From the NCBI GenBank assembly GCA_030704615.1, contig CM060731.1, positions 60,884,001 to 60,948,000 of the forward strand: a stretch of DNA of 64,000 nt, read 5' to 3'. Every line of letters starts with the position of its first letter. Position 1 is the first letter of the stretch. The position numbers were made by a program, and so were the translations under genes. The notes beneath the pieces were generated by a model. It did not search any database, was not told where the DNA came from, and worked only from the letters and a program-made list of their open reading frames with translations. The DNA comes from Takakia lepidozioides (lineage: Eukaryota > Plantae > Bryophyta). Positions 49,856 to 61,182 of the stretch are shown one piece after another.

Positions 49856-51542
49856 TGTTAGAGGGCTGCTTGGGACTTAGACGCTTTTACGGGATCTGTG
49901 AGGTACCCTTAATTTTTACACAGACTGAGACCAACATGAGCCTTAGGGGTGACAGCAACAGGCTTTAGGGGGGGAGATACACAGCCCGACAGAGTCCATC
50001 ACAGCCCAACACAGCCGTCACAGCCCGTCACAGTTCAACACAACCAGTCACAGCCCGACACAGCCGTCACAGCTTCGCACAGCCAACACAGCCCGTCACA
50101 GTCCAACACAGCCAGTCACAGCCCGTCACAGTCCGACACAGCCGACACAGCCGACATAGTCAGACACAGTCAGACACAGCTGTCACAGCTTCGCACAGCC
50201 GACACAGCCCTACACAGCCCGACACAGCCAGTCACAGCCCGCCACAGCCTGATACAGCCAGTCACAGCTCGACACAGCTGGGGGACAGTTATCATTGGCA
50301 GGGAACGACTGTGGGGAATGACATCTGAAAAAGGAACGTGTACTACAGGGATGACGGTTAGTTAGGAAAGCGGTTAGAACAACTTGTAGGTAGAAAAAGC
50401 GAAGAGCGGGGACATCGGGAAATCACTTCTTAGGGGGGACTTCTGGCATCACGGCTTGGAAATAGGGGGGAGAGCACATCACTGAGTGGAAAGATGAAGA
50501 GCACGGAGTAGGAGAAGTGACGATCTGTTGTTACTTGATGAATGCAAGCTGTAGAATTGTAATGTAGAGTAGATTAGAGACACCATGGCTTCAGCCTGAT
50601 ACTTGATAGATATTAATCTGATACATACTTCATACTCACACTGTGTAGAGAGACCTGAGTGAAGCTGTGGAATGAGTGGATGGAACTTGATAGATTTCTG
50701 AAGCAAACTGATACTTAATTGCAGACAGTAAGGTAACTCGCTAACATGAATGCGGGAAGGAGTACAAATAGGAAACACCCCCATGATACACTAGTTGTAG
50801 GTCATGACTGATTGTTCTGAGCGGGCTAAGTGCTTAGAGATTTCCAACTCTTTTATCTTGGAGTTCCCACCTCGAATAGCGAAGGGATGGGTGAGTAAAA
50901 GCCGCTCGACATTTGGCGACCATACTGGGGAACTGGGTCATGAACAACCAGATGTGAACAGGCATCTGGTGGGATCATGGTGGTTGGAGAATTAAAGAAT
51001 TTGATGTGAATCAAATTCCCTGTGAAACTGAGAAGGAAAGATTGTCCAAACGATTCTTTCAGAGGTTCTTGGAATTGCCAGACGGTTGTAAAGAAAACAT
51101 TCTTAAAAGAGTGCATGATGCTGACCCTGAATGGGGTCTGGAGAAAGGAGTGATAAAGATTTATCAGGTGGCCTGTAGAGGAAGAGCACGTTGGTTACCA
51201 ACACTGGTTTATGTGATAGCATTGCTATCCATTAAGCGAGTAGAGTTTGAAGGCTGGGAGGAAATAAAGGTGAATGTTTATACTTATATGCATGAAGAGC
51301 TTGTACTGGTAAAGAATTGGATTCCAAAGGATATTCTGTGGATCAAACTCACACCAAGAACAGCTTTCCAGACTTGTTTGCCATATGGTTATATGGTAAC
51401 GGAGACTTCTAGTATAGCCAAGGGTGCATTGAAGCTTGAAAGAAACCCAGGCAGATACGAGAGATATTACAAAAGAGAGTTTTGGTTATTGCCACATTAA
51501 AAAGAAATGAAAGACATGGGACATGAGTGATGAAAGAGAAGC
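49856..51542 (+). mobile_element. Truncated Gypsy relative: LTR 49856-50911, PBS 50914-50930, 5' extra ORF 50804-51500 (frameshift ~50960), first codons of gag (51523)
   Basis: LTR homologous to the reverse complement of 33341-34367; MSDERE start, then an abrupt switch to the palindrome array. Confidence 0.9.
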
Positions 51543-52950
51543 GTGGAATCCCGGATGGATGGAAATCCGGCGCCGCATTTCCATCCTACAGGTAATTCGA
51601 ATCCCCGATGGATGGAAATCCGGCGCCGAATTTCCATCCTGCAGGTAATTCGAATCCCGGATGGATGGAAATTCGGCGCCGAATTTCCATCCAGCAGGTA
51701 AGTGGAATCCCGGATGGATCGAAATCCGGCGCCGCATTTCCATCCTGCAGGTAATTCGAATCCCCGATGGATGGAAATTCGGCGCCGAATTTCCATCCAG
51801 CAGGTAAGTGGAATCCCGGATGGATGGAAATCCGGCGCCGAATTTCCATCCAGCAGGTAAGTCGGATCGCTGACGTATGGATATTCAGCGCCGAATTTCC
51901 ATTCTCCAGGTATTTCATCGCTCAGAATTACCTTCCTGCAGGTAATTCTGATAGATGGATTACCTTCGTGCAGGTAATTCTGAGCGAGGGATTACCTTCC
52001 TACCTTCATCGATCAGAATTACCTGCAGGAAGGTAATTCTGAGCGATGAAATACCTGGTGAATGGAAATTCGGCGCCGAATTTCCATCCATCCGGGATTC
52101 GAATTACCTGCAGGATGGAAATTCGGCGCCGAATTTCCATCCATCCGGGATTCGAATTACCTGCAGGATGGAAATGCGGCGCCGGATTTCGATCCATCCG
52201 GGATTCCACTTATGTACTGGATGGAAATTCGGCGCCGGATTTCCATCCATCCGGGATTGCACTTACCTGCTGGATGGAAATTCGGCGCCGAATTTCCATC
52301 CGGGGGATGGTCTCTGTCGGAGAGGTGTCGGCCTCTCCGCCGCTCTGTTGGATATTCGGTGCCGAATTTCCGTCTGGGGGTTGAAATATGACGGCCAGGT
52401 GCCAACCTCTTCCCCCTCCCCGACTGCATTGGAACGGCCCCGGATTGAAATTCGGCGCCGTTTTCCCATCTGGGGAGGTTTTTATGTTGGCCAGTTTTCG
52501 GTCTGACCCCCCGACACGACTTCGTTTGGGAGGGCCCGGATGGAAATTCGGCGCCGAATCTCCATCCAGGGGATACTCTCTGTCGAACACGTGCCGACCT
52601 CTACGCCCGAGGCGACTTCATCCGGGCGTCCCCTGTTCGATATTCGGTGCCGAATTTCCGTCCGGGGTTGAAATGTGACGGCCAAGTGCCGGCCTCTCCC
52701 CCCTCCCCGAGTGCATCCGAACCGCCCCGGATGGAAATTCGGCGCCGTTTTTCCATCTGGGGATGTTTTTATGCCGGCCAGTTTTCGACCTGACCCCCCG
52801 ACACGACTTCCTTTGGGGGGGCCGGGATGGAAATTCGGCGCCGAATCTCCATCCAGGGGATGTTCTCTGTCGCACACGCGCCGGCCTCTGCGCCCGAGGC
52901 AACTTCATCCGGGCTTCCCTTGTTGGATATTGGGTGCCGAATTTCCATTT
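51543..52950. repeat. Array of GGAAATTCGGCGCCGAATTTCC palindromes (53-, 74- and 96-bp spacing) containing a large inverted repeat
   Basis: Starts 51561, 51614, 51667, 51720, 51773, 51826, 51879; 52064, 52117, 52170, 52223, 52276; 52350, 52446, 52542, 52638, 52733, 52829, 52925. Confidence 0.95.
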
Positions 52951-53252
52951 GGGGGTAGTAATGTGACGGCACGGTGCCGGCTTCTCCCCTTCAGCCATCA
53001 TCATCCGGACGGCCCCCCACTTTCTGACTGCATACCGTTGGCAGTTATTGCGCAAAGACCAGGGGCCGCATTCCGGAGACAAGGTTCATTAACACTCTGA
53101 CTGTGGATTTTTGAGATAGTTGGCTCCCTGGATTTGGATCAGGCTTCGTCGCTCGGACAAATCGGCATCGCATTCATTCCCATCGCTGCATCCCCCTTCT
53201 ACCAGGGAGCTTCCCCGCACGCCATCCTGGCAGTCTTGTGTGCACATCTCCC

Positions 53253-56200
53253 ATGGCGGAAACCCGAGCGCTACAGTGTACTGCCCTCCTCATGAGCATA
53301 GAGCTTCATTTCCGTGCAGAGGGGACATCTGCCGGGTGATGGAGAAATATCTCTGCGTTCGATACCACCTGAAACCGGGGTCGGTTTTTTTGGAGGAGGA
53401 AAGGAAGGACTCTAACGGCCTTGTTGTCGAGAGTATTGTTGTGCTCCACGATGATTTCGGCGATGGCAGGGAATGGCGAGTTCCACCATCGGACAGCGTC
53501 ATATACAGGGCTGTTGGGGACTTCATTTGCCCGCCAAATGCACCTTCTATCCTGGCGCCTTCCACGAAACAATCCGCGAATCAGAGAGTGGCTACCTCAA
53601 AGAGAGAAGTCCGCAACAAACTAAATCCAGAGCCGAACCCATCCATGAAGACGAGCGAGAACCGGGTTGTTCACAACCTGTCCAACTCAGACGAGGTCAT
53701 GGAAGTTCCAAGGTCGTCCTGGAGATCAGGCAAGTCCTCAATGGACGTTAGTGGAGGAGGGAGTCATATTCCCAGCACGAGCACCGCAGTTCGATCTATT
53801 CTTGAAATTCTGCGAGGGCTTCACCTGGAGGGACACCGCTCGGAGCTGGCTGGGTTGGACTACAGCAATTTCGCAATTAAATCCGTTACATGCCTTCCCG
53901 TCGACGTCGACGGTAATATCTTCTTTGAGTTCCCTCCTCGGGCGGACTACTCGAGGGCGTCCGGAATGTTGACAGATATGGATAGAAAACATGACAGTCA
54001 TCCTTGGTGCGTTACCAAAACCACCAGCATGAAGATGCTCGATGGTGTGCGGGTGCGCTACGTTGTTTGTGCGGGCCCGTTGCGGTGTTTCTCCCCAACT
54101 TGCTTCCACTTTAAATCCAGAGGTCACAGGAACAAGACCGATTGGACAGGCACAGCTCATCAACCATTTCGAGCTCAGGAGAAGGTTCCTAACTCCACAT
54201 TTAAGTGTGCACATTGCAAAGAACCACCACATTGCATGTCTGTTTGTAATGCCAAGCAGTTCTATGTGTTGCACCGTTTCCCTGACCTCATCCGAGCTTG
54301 CATACACGTTGGTTCCCATTGTCACAAATTGGCAAGGGGGAACTCGCGGGAGGCTGCCCACGAAGCAGAGCAGCTCGTTCAGGAGGAGGTTAAGTTGAGA
54401 CCGGGTGCCAAACCCAAACAGATACAGCTCCAAGCCGCCCATAAGATGGCATTGGCCAGAATTATGTCGGAAGACGGCTCCGATAGAGTTCCTCTCGACG
54501 AGAAGGAAATGGAGGCATTGCTGGAGTCGGTGTCCCACGTATGTTCACCGAATGTCCGAAACCACATTGTCTCATGCAAACAGAAAATTGGGCGTGGCTC
54601 GGATATGCACTCCATTCTGGAGGTCAAGCGACGATGTGGATATGACTACATTCATGGAAGTAGGTTTCCAGGACAAGGGACTGAGGCAGATCGTTGTTTC
54701 GTATTCAAAATGTCCACGTGTGGATCCGGCAGCAGCGTCGAATTGGTCGACAGGATGACGAGTGGGAACTTGTCAAACAGTTGGGTCATGTTCGACCATA
54801 TCAAGCGAATTACAAATCACCAATGGGTGACAATGGGTGCACATGTCTACGACACCCACTGCAGGATGCTAATGACAATTGCTATTTGTGAGATGAAAGG
54901 AGAGGACACACAATCGGAGATGCTTCTTTGGCAGGGAATAAACGAACAGATGGCCAAGGCGGGATTGCCCCCTCCCAATTTCCGTGGTTTCATGGCGGAC
55001 AACGCACAAGCAAATTGGGCTGCCATCCGAAGGGTGTACGGGCAAGACCCCAATGTTCCCATGGAAGGCAAGGAGAGATCTTGTGGGTTCCATTTTCTGC
55101 AGAGCCTTTCGCAGTACACAACCAGGCTCGTGGCGCCAGATTTCAGAGAGGAGCACCGTTCCATGTGCCTTGCGTGGAAGCGCGCTCCCACCTTGGATGA
55201 TGCAGAGACACAGTTTGCATGTATATGGGCTTGGTGGACATCGTCAGGTGCTGTAAGGAAATCAGACGAGGGAGCAATGGTCAGTTGGCTAGCATGGTGG
55301 CATTATCGTTTCCTCCAGTTTGGCGACTATATGCGGGAGGTGAGTTGCACGAATTCGCGTCCCGCTGAATATTATTCTTGGCCATATTTGTAACTTGCTT
55401 GTAACCTCAACATGTGCTTGTGAAGGAAATGTGTCTCGACTCCGACACCGACATGCCCACGACAAACATGGCCGAATCAGTGCACTCTTCCTGGCGTGCC
55501 TCCTCTGCAGCGCATCTGGTGGACATCCTCACTACCACAACGGAGGACATTGTGAGGTCAATTATGCAGCAATGCAGGTACAACGAGTTCTTGAAAGGGA
55601 AACAGTGGGGCTTGGGGCCGGACAGGCAGGAAATGTTGATGCGGAATGCCTCTAGATCGAAGAATCCTCGGAAGTGGGCGGCGGCCTTGCGAGAGGGCCT
55701 TCGGGACACGCCATTGCTGCGAAGAGGCCAACATCTGGAAGGAGATGTTCATACCCGTCCAGTGAGACGAAGACTTGACGAGGCACCTGGCGGAGAAGAG
55801 GATTCATGGCGAGTTGACAAGAATATTTGCACGCTCCCTCGTGGTCCGGTGATGTTGCCCGAGGAGGTCTCGTCGAGCACCGCAAGTCCTGCACGTTCAA
55901 GATCGTCATCTCCTTTGAGCACAGGGCGCGTGCCCCGGCAACATAACGAGCCATCTGTAGTAAAGCAGTACAACATTCCCATTGTGGAGACAAGAGTGTC
56001 GGAGTCACAGTGGAGAATTGCGAGGATATTGCCGGCATTTCGAGGGAAGTGCTGCGCCATCCGGGTGGATACGAGAGCACGCTGTGGTGAGATGATTCGG
56101 AGGAACCCACACGGTGTTGTACCTGCACCTTGTTTCAGCGGCAGATTTTTGACTCCCACATTTGCTCACGCCACAACGCAGACATTTTGGTTCTGTAGGC

Positions 56201-56844
56201 ATGACATAATGACCTGTGTATTTGGCAAGCCCAAGTACAAGATTCAGGGAATGCCGGAGCCTCCGGGCGTCTGGCCTGTTGCACCGGGTTGCATCCTCTC
56301 TAAGAATGAGGCGGATGCTCTATCTGCAGCAGGATTTCGAATGGTGCAACGCACAGACATCCCAGCCCACGCATTTCCGGTTCCTCAGACCCAGCCATTG
56401 CAGACTACTCGGTCCAGTAGAGACGGATTGGACAATTCAGCACATCCCACAATGCGATTCGGAAGAGTGAAGAGACGACACCCTCCCAACAAGTTGAATG
56501 AGACTCGGATTGCCAATGCTCTTGGGATGGCTTGCACTATTCAGAGCTCCGTGGACGTACCCCCACCCGGCCTTGGGCGTGTGTATCGGATGGCAACGGC
56601 CGGCTCGGCTGTACGCGACGATGTATACACAAGTACGATTGGAGTGGAGCCGACTTGCAATTGTACGGACTTCTCGTTGATGGAAGCAAAGAAGGGTTCC
56701 AAGTATTATCCGTGCAAGCATCTGTATTACATTTACCTGAAGAGGTTGAGGATGAACGTGACTATTGATGACTTTATTCATGCACCGGCGTTGAGCGTGA
56801 ACGAGCTGCACAAACTCCTCCTTAGGGATTCCAGAAATCATTGA
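53253..56844 (+). CDS. GCM-like/DDE/SWIM MULE transposase, nearly intact; 2 exons
   Basis: No internal stops; intron 55340-55425. A 1-bp deletion lies just after the homologous ATG (53253); the next in-frame Met is at 53339. Confidence 0.88.
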
Positions 56845-57001
56845 TGGGGCAAAGGGAATCCTCCATATGGATATTTTCAATTGCATTTTGCTGTATCAGA
56901 TTTTTTTTTGTAGTGTAATGAAATGCACCCCAAAACTCCTGGAATGAGGCAATATTCCATTCAAACTGAGATCCAACAGAAGAAGTTGTGGGGCCATTTC
57001 T

Positions 57002-57430
57002 GGAAAAATGGCGCCGAATTTCTCTTTTTGGGGCCGAAAACTGGCTAAGTCCCAACATGCACTGGTACCTGTGTCTGGGAAAATGGCGCCGAATTTCTCT
57101 TTTTTGGGCCGAAAACTGGCTAAGTCCCAACATGCACTGGTATCGTGTCTGGAAAAATGGTGCCGAATTTCTCTTTTTTGGGCCGAAAACTGGCTAAGTC
57201 CCAACATGCACTGGTACAGTGTCTGGAAAAATGGCGCCGAATTTCCCTATTTTGCGCCGAAAACTGGCTAAGTCCGAACATGCACTGGAAAAATGGCGCC
57301 GAATTACCTGTCATGAGGGGACCTATAGCCGCGGAATTCGGCACCATTTTTCGCCAGAGAGACCTATTACCGCGAAATACGTCGCCGTTTTTTCAGGTTA
57401 CGGACCCTATTACCGCGAAATTCGGCGCCA
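57002..57430. repeat. Subterminal ~74-bp tandem repeats carrying asymmetric AAATGGCGCCGAATTT sites
   Basis: Unit starts 57002, 57077, 57151, 57225, 57287. Confidence 0.88.
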
Positions 57431-58844
57431 TATTTGCACATGTCGCTGGGAATTGGCATGAGCGGAAGACGAAATATCATGAGCACAACTGTCAAAACTG
57501 CAATTTTCCCTTCAAGGGGCCGAATAATATATTTGTTTTTCCTGACACATTGCATTAAATTATTGTTTTTTATTGTTTTTTATTTTCGAAATTTGTACTT
57601 CTGCTCATGAAAACCGATTGTCTTACTACTCTGCTCATGCCGCTCATGCCGCTCATGCTCATGAAATAACAAACCTCGCACATAGCATATTACATATGCA
57701 TATTTACATAGTGGTGCTACATAGAGCAAAGCCACTTGTAGAGAGGTATGAAAGTATATGAGCCTAAGAGTGTCTAAAACTAATACAAGGCATCAGCTAC
57801 AGGATACCTTCTAACACGAGTATCTTATATGCCCATGATATCTTGCATGGTGCATATCTTATCTTACTTATATTGTGCAAGAGGGTCACTTGGGTACATG
57901 ACAGGAATCTGATTATGAACATACCCCGCCCTCCCACCCTGTTTTATCATGACTGAATGGGTGGCGTCAGCATTGACCGGATCATGTAGAAGGTGTACAC
58001 ATACTCCTGCAGGTGGTTTTACCTGGGCCTAGCTCAATATATCAGTATGAAGACAACACTCAAAAGCATTATGCTTATCTTAAAAGACCTTCGTGCTTAA
58101 TTTCACCAACAAGTGATTGCTGGAGGACATACCTTATGAAGGTCATTGCTCCATATCTTTGTCATGGAGGGACCTTCTGCCAAGCCAGAAAACAACCATG
58201 TTAGTATATCAACATGATGGAGAAATAACCAGAAAGGAAAGTGGTAGATGGTATATACAAGAACCACCATGTACACTGGAAAAGGAAGAGTGGGAAGTTA
58301 TTCATGTCATGTCAAGACATGGACAAGACCAACTAGGGTCATTGTCAATTAAAGACATAAACAACCCATGACAGGGCACCATCTAACATTTCCAGTCTTG
58401 TCATAGCACAATTACAGATCCATCATATGTATACACAAATACCTTGAGGTGATCCAAGACAAGCATTATGCAAGGTAGGTAAGAATAGCCTGCCCTACAA
58501 CACATTCAGGGAATGTTCACACAAGCAACTGGAAGGACCAGCCTGCAATCAATTACACTTCGGGCATGCCACCAAATAAACTTCTTTGGCATGGCAAGCC
58601 ATATTGCAGCTTCACATTTGGCCAAATATAAGCACCCCAAAGCATGCATCATGCAAGGCCTTCTGGGTACCGGTATGGATAGAAAACCTTTATAAGGCGG
58701 GTGAAACCATTGTTTAGAGTCCATCTGGTATAGATGGAAAAACATAAAAAGAACACTGATGCAACCGGCCAATTCCGAGGAGGGAGAGAGGGGCAACAAC
58801 GAAAAAAAATGGGTTGGGGGGGGGGGGGGAGGTCAGATGGTGGG

Positions 58845-59860
58845 GTCAGCTGCAGCATATGTCCAACACCAGATATCCTAAGTTAATCGACTCTATATCT
58901 GGGAAACAGGACCGCCCACCGACCTGTCAAACAGGCTAAGTCTTGGCAGAAGACAGTAGAAGAGATTCTCAAGGACCTGGACCTGGAACCGCAAGTCTTC
59001 ACCCTGCTGGATAAATCTGACTTAGAGGCTGTAGTGTCCAACCATGTCTGTTGCCATGAGATTGTCTGATGAAAATGAAGTTAGGCAAAAAACTTCCCGG
59101 AACTTGTTTCCAGTCAGTGACATGGGGGAGGACATCTTGGATGACCTCAAGGGTCTACCCACTCTCGGCACTAGACTGAAATTTAATCTCCGGGCAGGAA
59201 GCCTACCTTTGAACAGCAAACAGAAGCAGAGAGGAAAGGGAGAGTGGAATTGCCCGTTGTGTGGGCAATCTGAAGACAGTACTCATTTTCTGATACACTG
59301 TCCGGGGTTCTCTCACCAAGAGACGCTCTCTCAGTCACTCCCCCCCCCCCCACACCTTCTTTTCTTTTCTTTGTTGCCCCCTGATGTCTCCCTCTCTCTC
59401 CCTCTCTTCTGTGCTGCTCTCTTTTAAGCTCCCGACACCCTAAATTCAAGGTTAGATGGTGGGTTCAGTTGCAACATATGTCCAACACCAGATATCCTAA
59501 GTTAATCGACTCTAAATCTTGGAAACAGGACCGCCCTGTCAAACAAGGTGAGCCCTGGGAGAAGAGATTAAAAGAGATTCTCAAGGATCTGAATCTGGAC
59601 CCGCAAGTTTTGACCTTGCTGGATAAACCTGACTTAGAGAGTGTAGTGTCCAAAGCCATGTTTGTTACCAGAAAATTGTCTGATGAAAATGAAGTTAGGA
59701 AGAAAACTTCCCTGAACCTGTTTCCAGTCTCTGACATGGGGGTCATGGATGCGCTCAAGGGTCTATCCCATTCTTGGCACCAGACCTAAATTTAAAGTCA
59801 GGTTAGGAATACTACCTTTGAACAGTAAACAGAAGCAGAGAGGAAAGGAAGAGTGCAATT
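58845..59860 (+). mobile_element. Tandemly duplicated non-LTR (LINE) ORF2 3' tail
   Basis: Two copies starting MSNTRYPKLIDS (58858, 59478); KFNLRAGSLPLN..CPLCGQSEDSTHFLIHC zinc knuckle. Confidence 0.65.
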
Positions 59861-60233
59861 TCCCTGACATACCTCTGCTGCTGCTGGCGGCGGGGGCAGC
59901 CGCGACAGCACCGCAGCAGGGCGTCTCTCCCCCACTCACCACGGCTCTCTCTCTCTCTTTAGCTCGTTAGGTCGCGCCTCTGCGCGGTGTTCCTACCACA
60001 CAGGGGAGAGAGACATCAGCCCATGCTTAGGGCAAGAAAGAAATACAGAAAGTGAGGGAGGAGGCAGTGCTTATCTTGGGCGTTGGAGCGGCGTTGGGGC
60101 AAACTCCTTGGGGCCTTGCGACCACCTCGGGCTCAGCAACAGGTGCGTTTCTCCTCCACCCTAAACCCCACTCTCTGAACTACCTCTATCCCAAAGAACA
60201 AACGAAAACGGGAGGGGAAAGATATGCTTCAAG

Positions 60234-60480
60234 CACTTAGGGCAAAAAAAAGGTGCGGCGCCCACGTGCAACGCCTGCGCCCGCCCTATTTTGAAATGTA
60301 AAAATGAAGATTGCGATGGCTGGCCGTCATTTCTTGCGATCCCCGGCCCCATAAATAAGAAAAATACGTCGCCCCCCGCGACGGCTGTCCGTCGCGGGTT
60401 GCGACCCCCAGTTTTTTTATTAAAAAAAAAACTCGTCGTCCAATGCGACGCCAAGGTGTCGCAGGAGGCGACGGCCGGCC
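60234..60480. mobile_element. Degenerate CACTA-like end
   Basis: CACTTAGGGCAAAAAAAAGG followed by TGCGAC/GTCGCA motifs like those at 47900-48570. Confidence 0.35.
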
Positions 60481-61182
60481 TTTCTGGATTTAGGGTTTAG
60501 GGCCTTTTGGGTTTCTTAGTTTTTATTTTATTTATTTATTTTTTCATATGGTACTGGGTTAGGGTGTTTGCTTTTCTTTATGGTGCTGGTTTTTGGATTG
60601 GCGGTTTTGGTTGTGGGTCTTGGGGTTAAGAGGATAAACGGTGTAATTAAGATTCACATACCCAAAATGTGGTTCAATCTGATAATCGCAAAGCGCTGGG
60701 TCTCAACAATTTTTTCCATAGTGTGAGCATCCTGAAGATAAAATGAGAGGAAGGATTTATTGTCTTGGGCTCTAGCACCATAGGGATGCTCCGCCTTTGG
60801 TTACCAATTTTGAAAGCCCCGAGGCTGAGGCATAGGGTTTTTTTGCCAACGGTTTTTGAGAAATGAAAGTGTTGGTGGTGTGTGCTAATTAGGATGGGAT
60901 GGTGAGGAAACATCGACCCGTCTCCCTTGAGGATGGGGTCCTAGAGCGATCATTTTTCGTGGCGAGGAGGCACCCATTGTACCTAATCCAATACAGGCTG
61001 TCGGGCACAATCGTAGAAGGGACCGGGGCCAAATTTCAGGTGATGCGGAGGATGTTGACACTCCAGGATCGAGTCGGGCGCACCGCGGGTTGCCCCCTCG
61101 CGGGCCACCCCGTCCAACCACGTCCACCTTTGACCCCCCCCCCCCCCCCCCCCCCGACAGGATTCAGTGTTGGTGCACTAAG

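Larger units (their letters stand above)
51543..57677 (+). mobile_element. MULE copy C, left-truncated
   Basis: Palindrome array, transposase, subterminal repeats and terminus ...GAAATAACAAACCTC. Confidence 0.9.

Noticed and set aside
57678-58800. Short ORFs right of MULE C
   Set aside because: No recognisable motifs; probably a decayed repeat.
60489-60502. Telomere-like TTTAGGG x2
   Set aside because: Too short; a common telo-box-like motif.
60674-61140. Possible decayed L1 ORF2 piece on the minus strand
   Set aside because: Similarity too fragmentary to support a call.
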